A stretch of DNA of 64,000 nucleotides from Candidatus Enterousia sp. (GTDB lineage Bacteria; Pseudomonadota; Alphaproteobacteria; Rs-D84): positions 30,153 to 94,152 of the forward strand of contig JAZRJE010000016.1 in NCBI GenBank assembly GCA_045645645.1, in the 5' to 3' direction. Positions 43,395-51,312 of this stretch are shown here, piece by piece. A program made the translations under genes and the position numbers. Each line of letters begins with the position of its first letter. The first letter of the stretch is position 1. The notes beneath the pieces were generated by a model that ran no database searches, was not told the DNA's origin, and worked only from the letters and a program-made list of their open reading frames with translations.

Positions 43395-43451
43395 ATGAAA
43401 CAAATTTATATGTTCTTTACAACTACTACTACAACCCCGTTGGGGGTGTAA
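43395..43451 (+). CDS. Candidate Thr-rich leader peptide upstream of thrS (MKQIYMFFTTTTTTPLGV)
   Basis: An 18-codon ORF with six consecutive Thr codons (ACA ACT ACT ACT ACA ACC, 43419..43436). A hairpin ACAACCCC-GTT-GGGGGTGT spans the last Thr codons through the stop. It ends 82 nt before the thrS ATG. Confidence 0.4.
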   Translation: MKQIYMFFTTTTTTPLGV

Positions 43452-43533
43452 TTTCTGTATTGCGGCGAACCGCTTAAATTCTTATAATCAATCAGTCAAA
43501 AAAATAATAAAAAAACACTAAGGGACAGTTATT

Positions 43534-45267
43534 ATGTCATATGATATTGAAATTATTCGTCACTCACTGGCGCATGTTATGGCGGCGGCGGTAAAAAAAT
43601 TACACCCAGATGTTAAATTCGCAGGTGGACCAGCAATTGAAAATGGGTTTTATTACGATTTTGATACAGAATATCGTTTTTCCGAAGAAGACTTTGCTAA
43701 AATTGAAAAAGAAATGCGCGATTTGATTAAGTCAAATGGGCGCTTTGAACAACGCAATGTGTCAATTGATGAAGCCAAAGAAATTTTTGCAGCGCAACCA
43801 TACAAAATGGAATGGTTGAACGAATATGATGCAGCGGGTGAAGCTTTGTCTATTTATACTTTCCGTGATTTTGTTGACCTGTGTCGCGGACCACACGTTG
43901 AATCATCCAAAGATTTACCACGTGATGCTTTCAAAATCCGCAGTGTTGCTGGTGCATACTGGAAGGGTGACGCAAAAAATAAAATGTTACAGCGTATCTA
44001 TGTTGATGCGTTTGCAACGAAAGAAGAATTAGATAATTTCCTGAAGATGCAGGAAGAGGCCGCCGCGCGCGATAACCGCAAATTGGGTAAAGATATGGAT
44101 TTGTTCCATTTCGAACCAGAATATGCACCAGGGGCTGTGTTCTGGCACGACAAGGGATATAGAATTTATCGTCGTTTAATAGAATATGTACGTCATCGTC
44201 AAGAATTAGCAGGATACCAGGAAATTTCAACACCAGCGGTTATGGACAGATGTTTGTGGGAACGGTCTGGGCACTGGGCGAAATATGGTGAACACAATTA
44301 TTCTGGTAAAACCCAAGATGGCAAAGTGTTCTGTATTAAGCCTATGTCATGTCCAGGTGGAATGTTAGTGTTTGGACATGGTTTGCGTTCATACAAAGAT
44401 TTGCCATTATATATGGCCGAATTTGGCAAGGTTCATCGCTATGAAGCAGCAGGTGGTTTGTCGGGTTTGATGCGCGTTCGTGAATTTACCCAGGACGATG
44501 CACATATTTTCTGTACAGAAGAACAGCTGGAAGAAGAGGTTGTTAAAATCTTGCGCTTTATCAAAGATATTTACGGTAAATTCGGATTTGATAAAATTAC
44601 AATGAAATTGGCTACACGAAAAGAATCTGAATTCCGTATCGGTTCAGATGAAATCTGGGACAAAGCCGAAGGTGCATTGAAACATGCGCTGGAATCAAAT
44701 GGTATTGAATTCGAAATCGCAGAAGGAGATGCTGCATTCTATGGTCCGAAAATCGATAACTATCTGCGTGATTCAATGGGACGTGTATGGCAGTGCGGTA
44801 CGGTGCAATTGGATATGAATTTGCCAGAACGATTCGATTTGAGTTATGTCGGTGAAGATGGCGAAAAACATCGTCCGATTATGTTGCATCGTGCAATGCT
44901 GGGGTCGATTGAACGCTTTATGGGAATCTTGCTGGAATCAACAGGTGGAAATTTACCTTTGTGGTTGAGTCCAGAGCCAGTTGTTGTCACACCAATTTCA
45001 GAAAAACATGCAGAATATGCAAACGAAGTTGTAGCAGCTCTGCGTGCGGTGGGCGTAAATACACGTGCAGATTTGCGTGATGAAAAAGTGAACTATAAGA
45101 TTCGTGAACTGTCGTTGGCAAAAACACCAATAATCGCTGTTGTTGGTGAAAAAGAAATGGCAGACAAAATGGTAACACTGCGTCGTTTGGGACAAGAAAA
45201 ACAGGAATCTATGCCACTGGCAGAATTTGTTGAAATGATGAAGAATGCTGTAAAGATGCCAATGTAA
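43534..45267 (+). CDS. thrS: Threonine--tRNA ligase (lacks the N-terminal TGS domain)
   Basis: Starts directly at the editing (N2) domain: IIRHSLAHVMAAAVKKLHPDVKFAGGPAIENGFYYDFD. Class II core (FGKVHRYEAAGGLSGLMRVREFTQDDAHIF; the second H of HRAMLGSIERF is the expected Zn site) and an anticodon-binding domain. Confidence 0.95.
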   Translation: MSYDIEIIRHSLAHVMAAAVKKLHPDVKFAGGPAIENGFYYDFDTEYRFSEEDFAKIEKEMRDLIKSNGRFEQRNVSIDEAKEIFAAQPYKMEWLNEYDAAGEALSIYTFRDFVDLCRGPHVESSKDLPRDAFKIRSVAGAYWKGDAKNKMLQRIYVDAFATKEELDNFLKMQEEAAARDNRKLGKDMDLFHFEPEYAPGAVFWHDKGYRIYRRLIEYVRHRQELAGYQEISTPAVMDRCLWERSGHWAKYGEHNYSGKTQDGKVFCIKPMSCPGGMLVFGHGLRSYKDLPLYMAEFGKVHRYEAAGGLSGLMRVREFTQDDAHIFCTEEQLEEEVVKILRFIKDIYGKFGFDKITMKLATRKESEFRIGSDEIWDKAEGALKHALESNGIEFEIAEGDAAFYGPKIDNYLRDSMGRVWQCGTVQLDMNLPERFDLSYVGEDGEKHRPIMLHRAMLGSIERFMGILLESTGGNLPLWLSPEPVVVTPISEKHAEYANEVVAALRAVGVNTRADLRDEKVNYKIRELSLAKTPIIAVVGEKEMADKMVTLRRLGQEKQESMPLAEFVEMMKNAVKMPM

Positions 45268-45283
45268 TTTTAAGGGGGATAAT

Positions 45284-45424
45284 ATGAGAAAAATTATGTT
45301 GTTGGTTGTGCTGGTGATGCCATTTGTGCTGTCAGCATGTTCCAAAACGTGTGAGGTTGAGCCAATCGTAGAAGAAAATCATAAACTGATTGTGCCACCA
45401 AACTTTGGACAGATGCCAAAATAA
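45284..45424 (+). CDS. Small lipoprotein (46 aa), DUF3035-like
   Basis: Manual translation: MRKIMLLVVLVMPFVLSACSKTCEVEPIVEENHKLIVPPNFGQMPK. Lipobox LSAC, SD AAGGGGGA 4 nt upstream, and an L.VPP.F motif as in small alphaproteobacterial lipoproteins. Below the track cutoff. Confidence 0.5.
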   Translation: MRKIMLLVVLVMPFVLSACSKTCEVEPIVEENHKLIVPPNFGQMPK

Positions 45425-45431
45425 TGATATA

Positions 45432-45467
45432 AGAGGCATGAGGGGTAAAAGTCATGTCTCTTTTTTT
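45432..45467 (+). terminator. Intrinsic terminator of the thrS-lipoprotein unit
   Basis: AGAGGCATGA (45432..45441) pairs with TCATGTCTCT (45452..45461) over 10 bp including one G-U. A T7 run follows. Confidence 0.7.
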
Positions 45468-45498
45468 ATTCTATCTGTTTGGTTATTCGTTTCTTTTG

Positions 45499-45507
45499 TG
45501 ATATAAT
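45499..45507 (+). promoter_or_regulatory. Extended -10 promoter TGATATAAT with TTGGTT -35 at 17-nt spacing (SPOR gene)
   Basis: TTGGTT (45479..45484), 17 nt, TATAAT (45502..45507), preceded by TG. SD GGGGGGA precedes ATG 45544. Confidence 0.55.
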
Positions 45508-45543
45508 GTATCGAGAGAATTTCATAAATGGGGGGATTTTACC

Positions 45544-46296
45544 ATGAACGATGATAACTTAGATTTATTAGATTTAGATGATGGAACTTCAATGGATGCG
45601 TTGCCTGAGGCTACGCCGTTTGCAGCACCAAGACCAAAGAAACCATGGTTGCTATTGACGGTTGGTTTGTTTGTTATTGTTTTGGCGACGTATGTTATTA
45701 TTCGTACTGTTGGTGGATCTTCATCTTCATCGATAGAGGTGGATTTGGATGTGCCTGCGATTGTTGTTGATGGAAAAACAACACCAGATATGAATGTTAT
45801 GCCACCAATGCCAGTGCCACAACCAGTTGCTCAGCCAAAGCCACAGCAATTACCACCGCAGCCTGTTGTGCAACCACAGCCTGTTCAACCAACACCTGGT
45901 GTTCCAGTGCGTGTCATTGAAGAAAGAAAGGATGTTACATTTAATCCTGTTGTTAAGCCTGTAGAAAAACCAGTTGTGAAACCAAAACCGAAACCTGCAC
46001 CAAAACCAGCAGCTAAGCAAGTTGTTAAAAAGAATGCTACGGGTGTGAGTGCTTCTGCATGGTATGTTCAGTTTGGTTCGTATAGTACGCGCGCTTTGGC
46101 AGAAAATGCGCAACGTCAAATGCGTAATGCGCACCAAAGTTTGTTCCAAGGGCAGCAGTTTGTTATATTGGCAGCTCAGTTAAAAAATGGTACAACAACA
46201 TATCGTTTGCGTGTCGCTTTCAAAACATCTGCTGATGCAAATGGATTTTGTCGAAATGCAAAGTCAGATGGTTTGGATTGTTATGTCGCAAGATAA
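45544..46296 (+). CDS. SPOR domain protein (septal peptidoglycan binding) with P/Q/K-rich linker
   Basis: One TM (WLLLTVGLFVIVLATYVII). Low-complexity PQPVAQPKPQQLPPQPVVQPQPVQP and KPVVKPKPKPAPKPAAK. C-terminal SPOR pattern WYVQFGSYSTRALAENAQRQ...YRLRVAFKTSADANGFCRNAKSDGLDCYV. Confidence 0.75.
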   Translation: MNDDNLDLLDLDDGTSMDALPEATPFAAPRPKKPWLLLTVGLFVIVLATYVIIRTVGGSSSSSIEVDLDVPAIVVDGKTTPDMNVMPPMPVPQPVAQPKPQQLPPQPVVQPQPVQPTPGVPVRVIEERKDVTFNPVVKPVEKPVVKPKPKPAPKPAAKQVVKKNATGVSASAWYVQFGSYSTRALAENAQRQMRNAHQSLFQGQQFVILAAQLKNGTTTYRLRVAFKTSADANGFCRNAKSDGLDCYVAR

Positions 46297-46311
46297 TCAA
46301 AGGGGATAAAT

Positions 46312-46500
46312 ATGAGACTGGGATGGACCGAAATAATTTTAATCGTTGTCTTGGTTATGGTTTTGTTTATGAGTAACAAAATTCCAGGGATGATGCGTAA
46401 TTTGGCGGATGGAATAAATGTCTTCAAAAAGGAGTTAAAAGACACAAAAAAAACTGAAGCCAAAAAAATAAATGCAAAAAAATCAGTCAAAAAGAAATAA
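46312..46500 (+). CDS. tatA: Sec-independent protein translocase subunit TatA/E
   Basis: 62 aa. GWTEIILIVVLVMVLFMSNKIPGMMRNLADGINVFKKEL matches the TatA pattern (TM, hinge, amphipathic helix, F.K). It is unlinked from tatBC at 61180. Confidence 0.8.
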   Translation: MRLGWTEIILIVVLVMVLFMSNKIPGMMRNLADGINVFKKELKDTKKTEAKKINAKKSVKKK

Positions 46501-46505
46501 AAATT

Positions 46506-46529
46506 TCCCCTAATATAGGGGATTTTTTT
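46506..46529 (+). terminator. Intrinsic terminator of tatA
   Basis: TCCCCTA, loop ATA, TAGGGGA, followed by a T7 run. Confidence 0.7.
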
Positions 46530-46555
46530 GTTCGTTGAATAAAAAATACAACGAC

Positions 46556-46577
46556 AAAAAGTGCGCCTTTGGCGCAC
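46556..46577 (-). terminator. Intrinsic terminator of rpsT
   Basis: GTGCGCC (46561..46567) pairs with GGCGCAC (46571..46577). On the minus strand it is followed by TTTTTGTCG. Confidence 0.7.
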
Positions 46578-46599
46578 AAATTTGTTTGCGTTCTACGCA

Positions 46600-46860
46600 T
46601 TAAGCCATTTTGGAAACTTTTTTAGCCAAGCGAGAAATTTTACGTGCCGCACGTTGCTTTGGCATGATTTTACCAGCAGATTTCATGATCTTGCTTTCTG
46701 CATTACGTGCCGCAACTGTTGCCGCAGCTTTATCGCCAGATGCAACCGCAACCAAAGCTTTTTTTGTAGCTGTTTTAACAGCACTGCGACGTGATGTATT
46801 AATAGCGTTTTTCTTGGCTGATACCAAAATTCTTTTTTCTGATGACTTATGATTTGCCAC
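46600..46860 (-). CDS. rpsT: 30S ribosomal protein S20
   Basis: MANHKSSEKRILVSAKKNAINTSRRSAVKTATKK... is the canonical S20 N-terminus. 86 aa, highly basic. Confidence 0.95.
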   Translation of the reverse strand: MANHKSSEKRILVSAKKNAINTSRRSAVKTATKKALVAVASGDKAAATVAARNAESKIMKSAGKIMPKQRAARKISRLAKKVSKMA

Positions 46861-46933
46861 TTTATTTTCCTTTTATTTTCGTCATGTTTTTGTTATTTTA
46901 TAGAAAAGAAACATAAAATCAAGGAAAAATAAC

Positions 46934-47524
46934 ATGATAGTTTACGTATTTGCAATAATTATAGCTTATTTGTTGGGTGCTATCCCTATGGGGTTGTTGT
47001 TTACAAAATTAATGGGTAAGGGGGATTTGCGAAAAGTAGGTAGTGGTAATATTGGTGCAACTAATGTTATGCGTGTTGGTGGATTGCGTATGGCTGGGCT
47101 TGTTTGGGTGTTAGATATGTTGAAAGCAATTGGGGCTGTATTTATTGGATGCTGGATTAGTGGTGTCGCATTTGGTGCGTGGTGTGGTTTCTTTGCTATT
47201 GTCGGACACTGTTATCCTGTTTGGTTGAAATTTCATGGTGGAAAAGGAATTTCGTCGTTGTTTGGTGTTTTGTTAGCAATCAGTCCAGTGGCTTTCTTGG
47301 TGTGTGGTTTGGAATGGTTGCTGGTCGCATTGACATCGGGTATTTCTTCATTAGGAGCTGTTGTTGTGTTTTGCTTAATTCCTGCTTTAGGATTCGCAAT
47401 TAATAGCTCTGTTGGGTGGCCCTTTTTGTGCATAGGATTGTTGTGTATGTGGCGTCATCGTGCAAATGTCGGACGATTGATTTCTGGAACTGAATCGAAA
47501 ATTGAATGGAAGTGGAAAAAGTAA
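46934..47524 (+). CDS. plsY: Glycerol-3-phosphate acyltransferase PlsY
   Basis: YLLGAIPMGLLFTK, D.RK.GSGNIGATNV.R, HCYPVWLKFHGGKG. 196 aa, multi-TM. Confidence 0.9.
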   Translation: MIVYVFAIIIAYLLGAIPMGLLFTKLMGKGDLRKVGSGNIGATNVMRVGGLRMAGLVWVLDMLKAIGAVFIGCWISGVAFGAWCGFFAIVGHCYPVWLKFHGGKGISSLFGVLLAISPVAFLVCGLEWLLVALTSGISSLGAVVVFCLIPALGFAINSSVGWPFLCIGLLCMWRHRANVGRLISGTESKIEWKWKK

Positions 47525-47528
47525 ATGT

Positions 47529-47556
47529 TGGGGCGCATGCCCCATTGTTTGTTTTT
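47529..47556 (+). terminator. Intrinsic terminator of plsY
   Basis: TGGGGC, loop GCAT, GCCCCA, followed by TTGTTTGTTTTT. Confidence 0.65.
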
Positions 47557-47581
47557 ATGTCTTTATTTTTATGTGATTTTG

Positions 47582-47590
47582 TGGTATAAT
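47582..47590 (+). promoter_or_regulatory. Extended -10 promoter element TGGTATAAT
   Basis: TGGTATAAT lies 28 nt upstream of ATG 47619. SD AGGGGA lies in between. Confidence 0.45.
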
Positions 47591-47618
47591 AACGCAAAGA
47601 ACATAGGGGATGTAGGTT

Positions 47619-48482
47619 ATGAAAGCATTAGTTGCGTTATTAGCAGTTTTTTCTGTGTATGTGTCTGCGTTTGCGGCAACACCTGAAAGTGGACGTGGAC
47701 GTGCGTCTATGGCGTATCAGATGGATTCGCGTGCAGCTGCATCAAAGCGTCAAATAGAGCATATTGCTGCGACTAATAATGTGAATAATGATGTTCAAAA
47801 GCCGCAAGATACAGAAAAAACAGAGGAAGAAGTTAAGCCAGAAGTTGTACCACAAAAGGATATGCGTGAACGTGAAAAGGCTGCTTGTATTAATAATAAT
47901 ATAGGAGTTGGGGCAACTTTTGTTTGGGCTTCTAGATATAGTAATGTCGCAAGTTATTCTTCGATGGTTGAAGATTTAGAAAACCCTGAAAACAATGTTT
48001 GTTTTGTAAAGGTTGAATTAAAATCTGATGATACACGTATAAATCTATCGGATATACCGACAAAGTATTTTGTTATGGAGGAAGGTATTACATGTGGTGC
48101 GTGGGCAAATGAAGAATCTTTAAAATCAAAGATTTTGGATGCTAAGAAAAAAGGGCGTACATGGGCCACTGTTGGTGGAGTTGTTGGTGGTGCTGGTATT
48201 GGTGTGGGCGCAATGGAATTGTTTGGAAATAAATTGATTGGTGGTGCGGTTGAAGGTCAGGCGGCATTAAGTGGTACAGAACTGTTGTGTTCACAGATGA
48301 AAGTTTTAAAACAAGAGAAGTCTTCGAAATATTATGATATTGTCGATGCGCTGAAGAATTTGAAAAAATATTGTGAGGAGACAGATTGGCCAAATGGTGA
48401 GATGCCAGCTGAATGTAAGCCAAGCTCAGATGATAAAGAAAACTTTAGAGGATTTGATTATAAAACCTTATTGGCTTGCTAG
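47619..48482 (+). CDS. Secreted hypothetical protein with Gly-rich hydrophobic segment; shares motifs with the protein at 51313..53190
   Basis: Signal peptide MKALVALLAVFSVYVSAFAA. Segments WATVGGVVGGAGIGVGAMEL and SKYYDIVDALKNLKKYCEETD have counterparts SIAGVVLGTAGGLITS and TKYASILSIIMRIKEYCTDPN in the 51313 gene. Confidence 0.5.
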   Translation: MKALVALLAVFSVYVSAFAATPESGRGRASMAYQMDSRAAASKRQIEHIAATNNVNNDVQKPQDTEKTEEEVKPEVVPQKDMREREKAACINNNIGVGATFVWASRYSNVASYSSMVEDLENPENNVCFVKVELKSDDTRINLSDIPTKYFVMEEGITCGAWANEESLKSKILDAKKKGRTWATVGGVVGGAGIGVGAMELFGNKLIGGAVEGQAALSGTELLCSQMKVLKQEKSSKYYDIVDALKNLKKYCEETDWPNGEMPAECKPSSDDKENFRGFDYKTLLAC

Positions 48483-48485
48483 AAT

Positions 48486-48515
48486 AAAAATCCCCATCAA
48501 GGGGATTTAATTTTT
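48486..48515 (+). terminator. Intrinsic terminator (AAATCCCC/GGGGATTT family)
   Basis: AAATCCCC (48488..48495), loop ATCAA, GGGGATTT (48501..48508), followed by AATTTTT. Confidence 0.65.
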
Positions 48516-48555
48516 GTCTTTTATTATTATATTTATATCAACTATACTTTTTGTT

Positions 48556-49572
48556 ATGAAAGATGTGTTTAATAAGTTGCTGATTTTGCGTACCCCAGGA
48601 ATTGGACCTGTGCGATATAACGCTTTAGTAAAAAAATTTGGGTCTGTTGATGCCGCCGCAGAAAGTTTAAAATTAGATGCAACACATATGGATATGGTGC
48701 GTCGGGAAATGGATATGGCGCAAAAGCTAAATATACATTATATTTCAGATGATGACGAAAGGTATCCCAGTAATTTGCGTTCAATAGAAAATCATTCGCC
48801 AGTTATAACAGTGCGGGGAAATTTGGATGTCTTAAATATGCCATTGGTTTCAATGGTTGGAACACGACATGCGACAGCTGCTGGGATGAATTTTATCGCT
48901 GATATTGCAGGAGAGTTTGTAAAAAATAAATTTTGTGTGGTTTCGGGTATGGCGATGGGGACAGATGCTGCGGCACATCGTGGTGCTTTGCGCGCAGGTG
49001 GAAATACTGTTGCGGTTTTGGCGGGGGGCGCAGATTATATTTGGCCATTAGAAAACGAATCGTTATATTGGGATATCGTTCAAAATGGTGCAATTGTTAG
49101 TGAGATGCCTGTTGGGTTTAAACCTGTTGCAACAAATTTTGTTCAAAGGAATCGAATCGTTGCGGCTTTGGGAAATTTTTTGATTCTGGGTGAAGCTGAT
49201 ATGAAGTCTGGTTCTATGACAACAGCACGATTCGCAAAAGAATATGAAAAAACAGTATATGCAATACCATCGCATCCGTCAGACCCCCGCAGTTCTGGGC
49301 CGAATTCATTGATTAAGTCAGGACATGCTGTGTTGTGTTTGGGACCAGAAGATTTTTTCGAAATAGGTAAAGAGTCAGATGGTAAAGATGAAAATAAAAT
49401 AAATAATATAAAAGAAAATCTTCTTATCGATGCGATTGGGTCGATTCCTGTATCAGAATCTGTATTGGCAGAGGTTGTCAAAAAATCTGTTTCGGAAATA
49501 AAAGCCGATTTGGTTGTCTTGGAACTGCAGGGGTTTGTGCGGAAAGTTGATGGCGGATATGTTCGTGCATAA
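48556..49572 (+). CDS. dprA: DNA-processing protein DprA (Smf)
   Basis: LLILRTPGIGPVRYNALVKKFGS, VSMVGTRHATAAG, VVSGMAMGTDAAAHRGAL, VAVLAGGAD..YP.EN, MPVGFKP....F.QRNRIVAAL, and a C-terminal winged helix (LELQGFV). ATG 48556. Confidence 0.85.
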   Translation: MKDVFNKLLILRTPGIGPVRYNALVKKFGSVDAAAESLKLDATHMDMVRREMDMAQKLNIHYISDDDERYPSNLRSIENHSPVITVRGNLDVLNMPLVSMVGTRHATAAGMNFIADIAGEFVKNKFCVVSGMAMGTDAAAHRGALRAGGNTVAVLAGGADYIWPLENESLYWDIVQNGAIVSEMPVGFKPVATNFVQRNRIVAALGNFLILGEADMKSGSMTTARFAKEYEKTVYAIPSHPSDPRSSGPNSLIKSGHAVLCLGPEDFFEIGKESDGKDENKINNIKENLLIDAIGSIPVSESVLAEVVKKSVSEIKADLVVLELQGFVRKVDGGYVRA

Positions 49573-49923
49573 CTTTTTGTATGTATATACAGTGTATATA
49601 CAAATGGCGAAAAACAGCCAAAAAAACGAATCGTTGTCAAAAAAATAAATGTTAAAAATCGGTTTAATATTGGTTGTAAAACGAAATTAATCTTATACAT
49701 TATCAGACGTATCCAAAACGATAGAAATATCAAAAAAAATAGGTGCGTATATTCTTGGGGAAGGAAATAAGCACCAAAGCGAGAGAGTGAAAGTTAAAGC
49801 TAACAAAAACACTAAATTTTTTCAGAACTGTGTTGGAAAAATTTAGCGTTTTTGTGCAGGTGTCTTTTGCAATCTAAACGCAGGGGATACATTGGCGAAA
49901 ACAGGAAGGAAAGGAGAAAAAGA

Positions 49924-51210
49924 ATGCAGATGATGGCGACAAAACAAATGATAAACGTAGATGTTATCAAGGGTGCAATCGCTGAAAAAATTGATGCTGC
50001 TGGATTTACTTCTTGGATCGCCCCGATTGCATTTGAGGTTGAAAATAACATATTGAATTGCGGTGTGCAAAATCAGTTTTCTTTTAATTATGTTAAAAAT
50101 GCGTACGGAACAGTTTTGGAAAGTGTTGCACAGACATTTGGTTTGAATTTAAATTTGTTTGTTGGTAGTGCAAAACATACAGTTGTTGCAAAAGTTGCTG
50201 CTGTTGCGAATGATAATAATACACAGTCTTTTACGCCTGCGGTTGTTGAATCAAATGTTGTGGCGTTTGATTCTTTTGTTGCAACAGATGATAATTTGTT
50301 TGTTTTGTCTGCGTGCAAAAAAGTTGCGGCTGGTGTGGTTGCTTTTTCGCCATTGTATATTCATGGTACAGCTGGTTGTGGTAAGTCTTTGCTGGCAAGT
50401 TGTATTAAATCTGCAGCAGCTGGTCGTGTAATCATGATGAATGGTGGACAGTTCGTTTCTGAATTTACACGCAGTTTGCATGATCGCACAGTATTTGCTT
50501 TTAAAGATTACTGTCGTAACTGTGATACTTTTATTTTAGATGATGTGCAAAGCTTGGCTGGAAAAAAGGCGACAATGGACGAATTCTTGCAGTTGGTTAT
50601 TGATTTGAAAGCTGCTGGAAAAAATGTTGTGCTGACAGCAAATGTTGCACCAAACAATTTAACAGGGTTTGATCGTCGTGCACAGTCTTTGTTGGCATCA
50701 GGTTTGGTTGCAGATGTTGTAGCACCAAATACGCATGTAAAGTCTGTTTTGTTGCGTCGGGCAGGGGTTGCAGTAGACGTTGCAGATGCTTTGTCTGTAC
50801 GTATTGCAAATGATGGACATTTGGTTGCTGGTGTTGTGACAAAAATCAAGACATATTCTGAATTGATGGGGGCGGCTGTTGATATGGCTGTTGCATCACG
50901 TCTGTTGGCAGATACATTGGAATCTGCTAAAACACCATTAGCAATGGTAAAGGCTATGTGTGAAAAGTTGGGGGTTTCTTATGATGCAGTATGTGGTGCG
51001 GGACGTAGTCGTAACTTGGTTTTGGCTCGTCAGACAATGATGGCAGTATTAAAGGGTGCAACAAGTTTGTCTTTGGCGGAGATTGGAAATTATGTTGGTG
51101 GACGTGATCATGCAACTGTTTTGTATGCGATTCGTCAGATTGAAAAGCAGAAAGCAACAGATTTGGTTTTGAATGCGCAAATTAATCAACTGATTAATGA
51201 ATGCAAGTAA
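49924..51210 (+). CDS. dnaA: Chromosomal replication initiator protein DnaA (divergent)
   Basis: FDSFV....N..., YIHGTAGCGKSLL (Walker A), FILDDVQSLAGKKATMDEF (Walker B/sensor), VVLTAN..P, and domain IV RSRNLVLARQTMMAVLK....SLAEIGNYVGGRDHATVLYAIRQIE. SD AAGGAG precedes ATG 49924. Confidence 0.9.
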   Translation: MQMMATKQMINVDVIKGAIAEKIDAAGFTSWIAPIAFEVENNILNCGVQNQFSFNYVKNAYGTVLESVAQTFGLNLNLFVGSAKHTVVAKVAAVANDNNTQSFTPAVVESNVVAFDSFVATDDNLFVLSACKKVAAGVVAFSPLYIHGTAGCGKSLLASCIKSAAAGRVIMMNGGQFVSEFTRSLHDRTVFAFKDYCRNCDTFILDDVQSLAGKKATMDEFLQLVIDLKAAGKNVVLTANVAPNNLTGFDRRAQSLLASGLVADVVAPNTHVKSVLLRRAGVAVDVADALSVRIANDGHLVAGVVTKIKTYSELMGAAVDMAVASRLLADTLESAKTPLAMVKAMCEKLGVSYDAVCGAGRSRNLVLARQTMMAVLKGATSLSLAEIGNYVGGRDHATVLYAIRQIEKQKATDLVLNAQINQLINECK

Positions 51211-51246
51211 AAAAATCCCCCTTATCCTTCCTTGGGGGATTTTTTT
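51211..51246 (+). terminator. Intrinsic terminator of dnaA; copy A of a ~35-nt palindromic element
   Basis: AAAAATCCCCC, loop TTATCCTTCCTT, GGGGGATTTTT. The loop is near-identical to the reverse complement of the loop at 53237..53248. Confidence 0.7.
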
Positions 51247-51312
51247 AGTTTTTGTTTTGTTGTTACGTGATTTTATGATAGAATACATGTGATATTATAC
51301 GGGGGGATTACA

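Noticed and set aside
45790-46030. Short periodic CCA/CAG/AAA-CC repeats that could look like a repeat array
   Set aside because: They are in frame within the SPOR-domain gene and encode a P/Q/K-rich linker (PQPVAQPKPQQ..., KPVVKPKPKPAPKP). There is no spacer/repeat organisation, so this is not a CRISPR array.
49573-49923. Replication origin (oriC) adjacent to dnaA
   Set aside because: The region is AT-rich and contains palindromes, but I found no cluster of DnaA-box-like 9-mers and no obvious DUE repeats. Alphaproteobacterial origins are usually not next to dnaA. It is kept only as a structured-leader observation.
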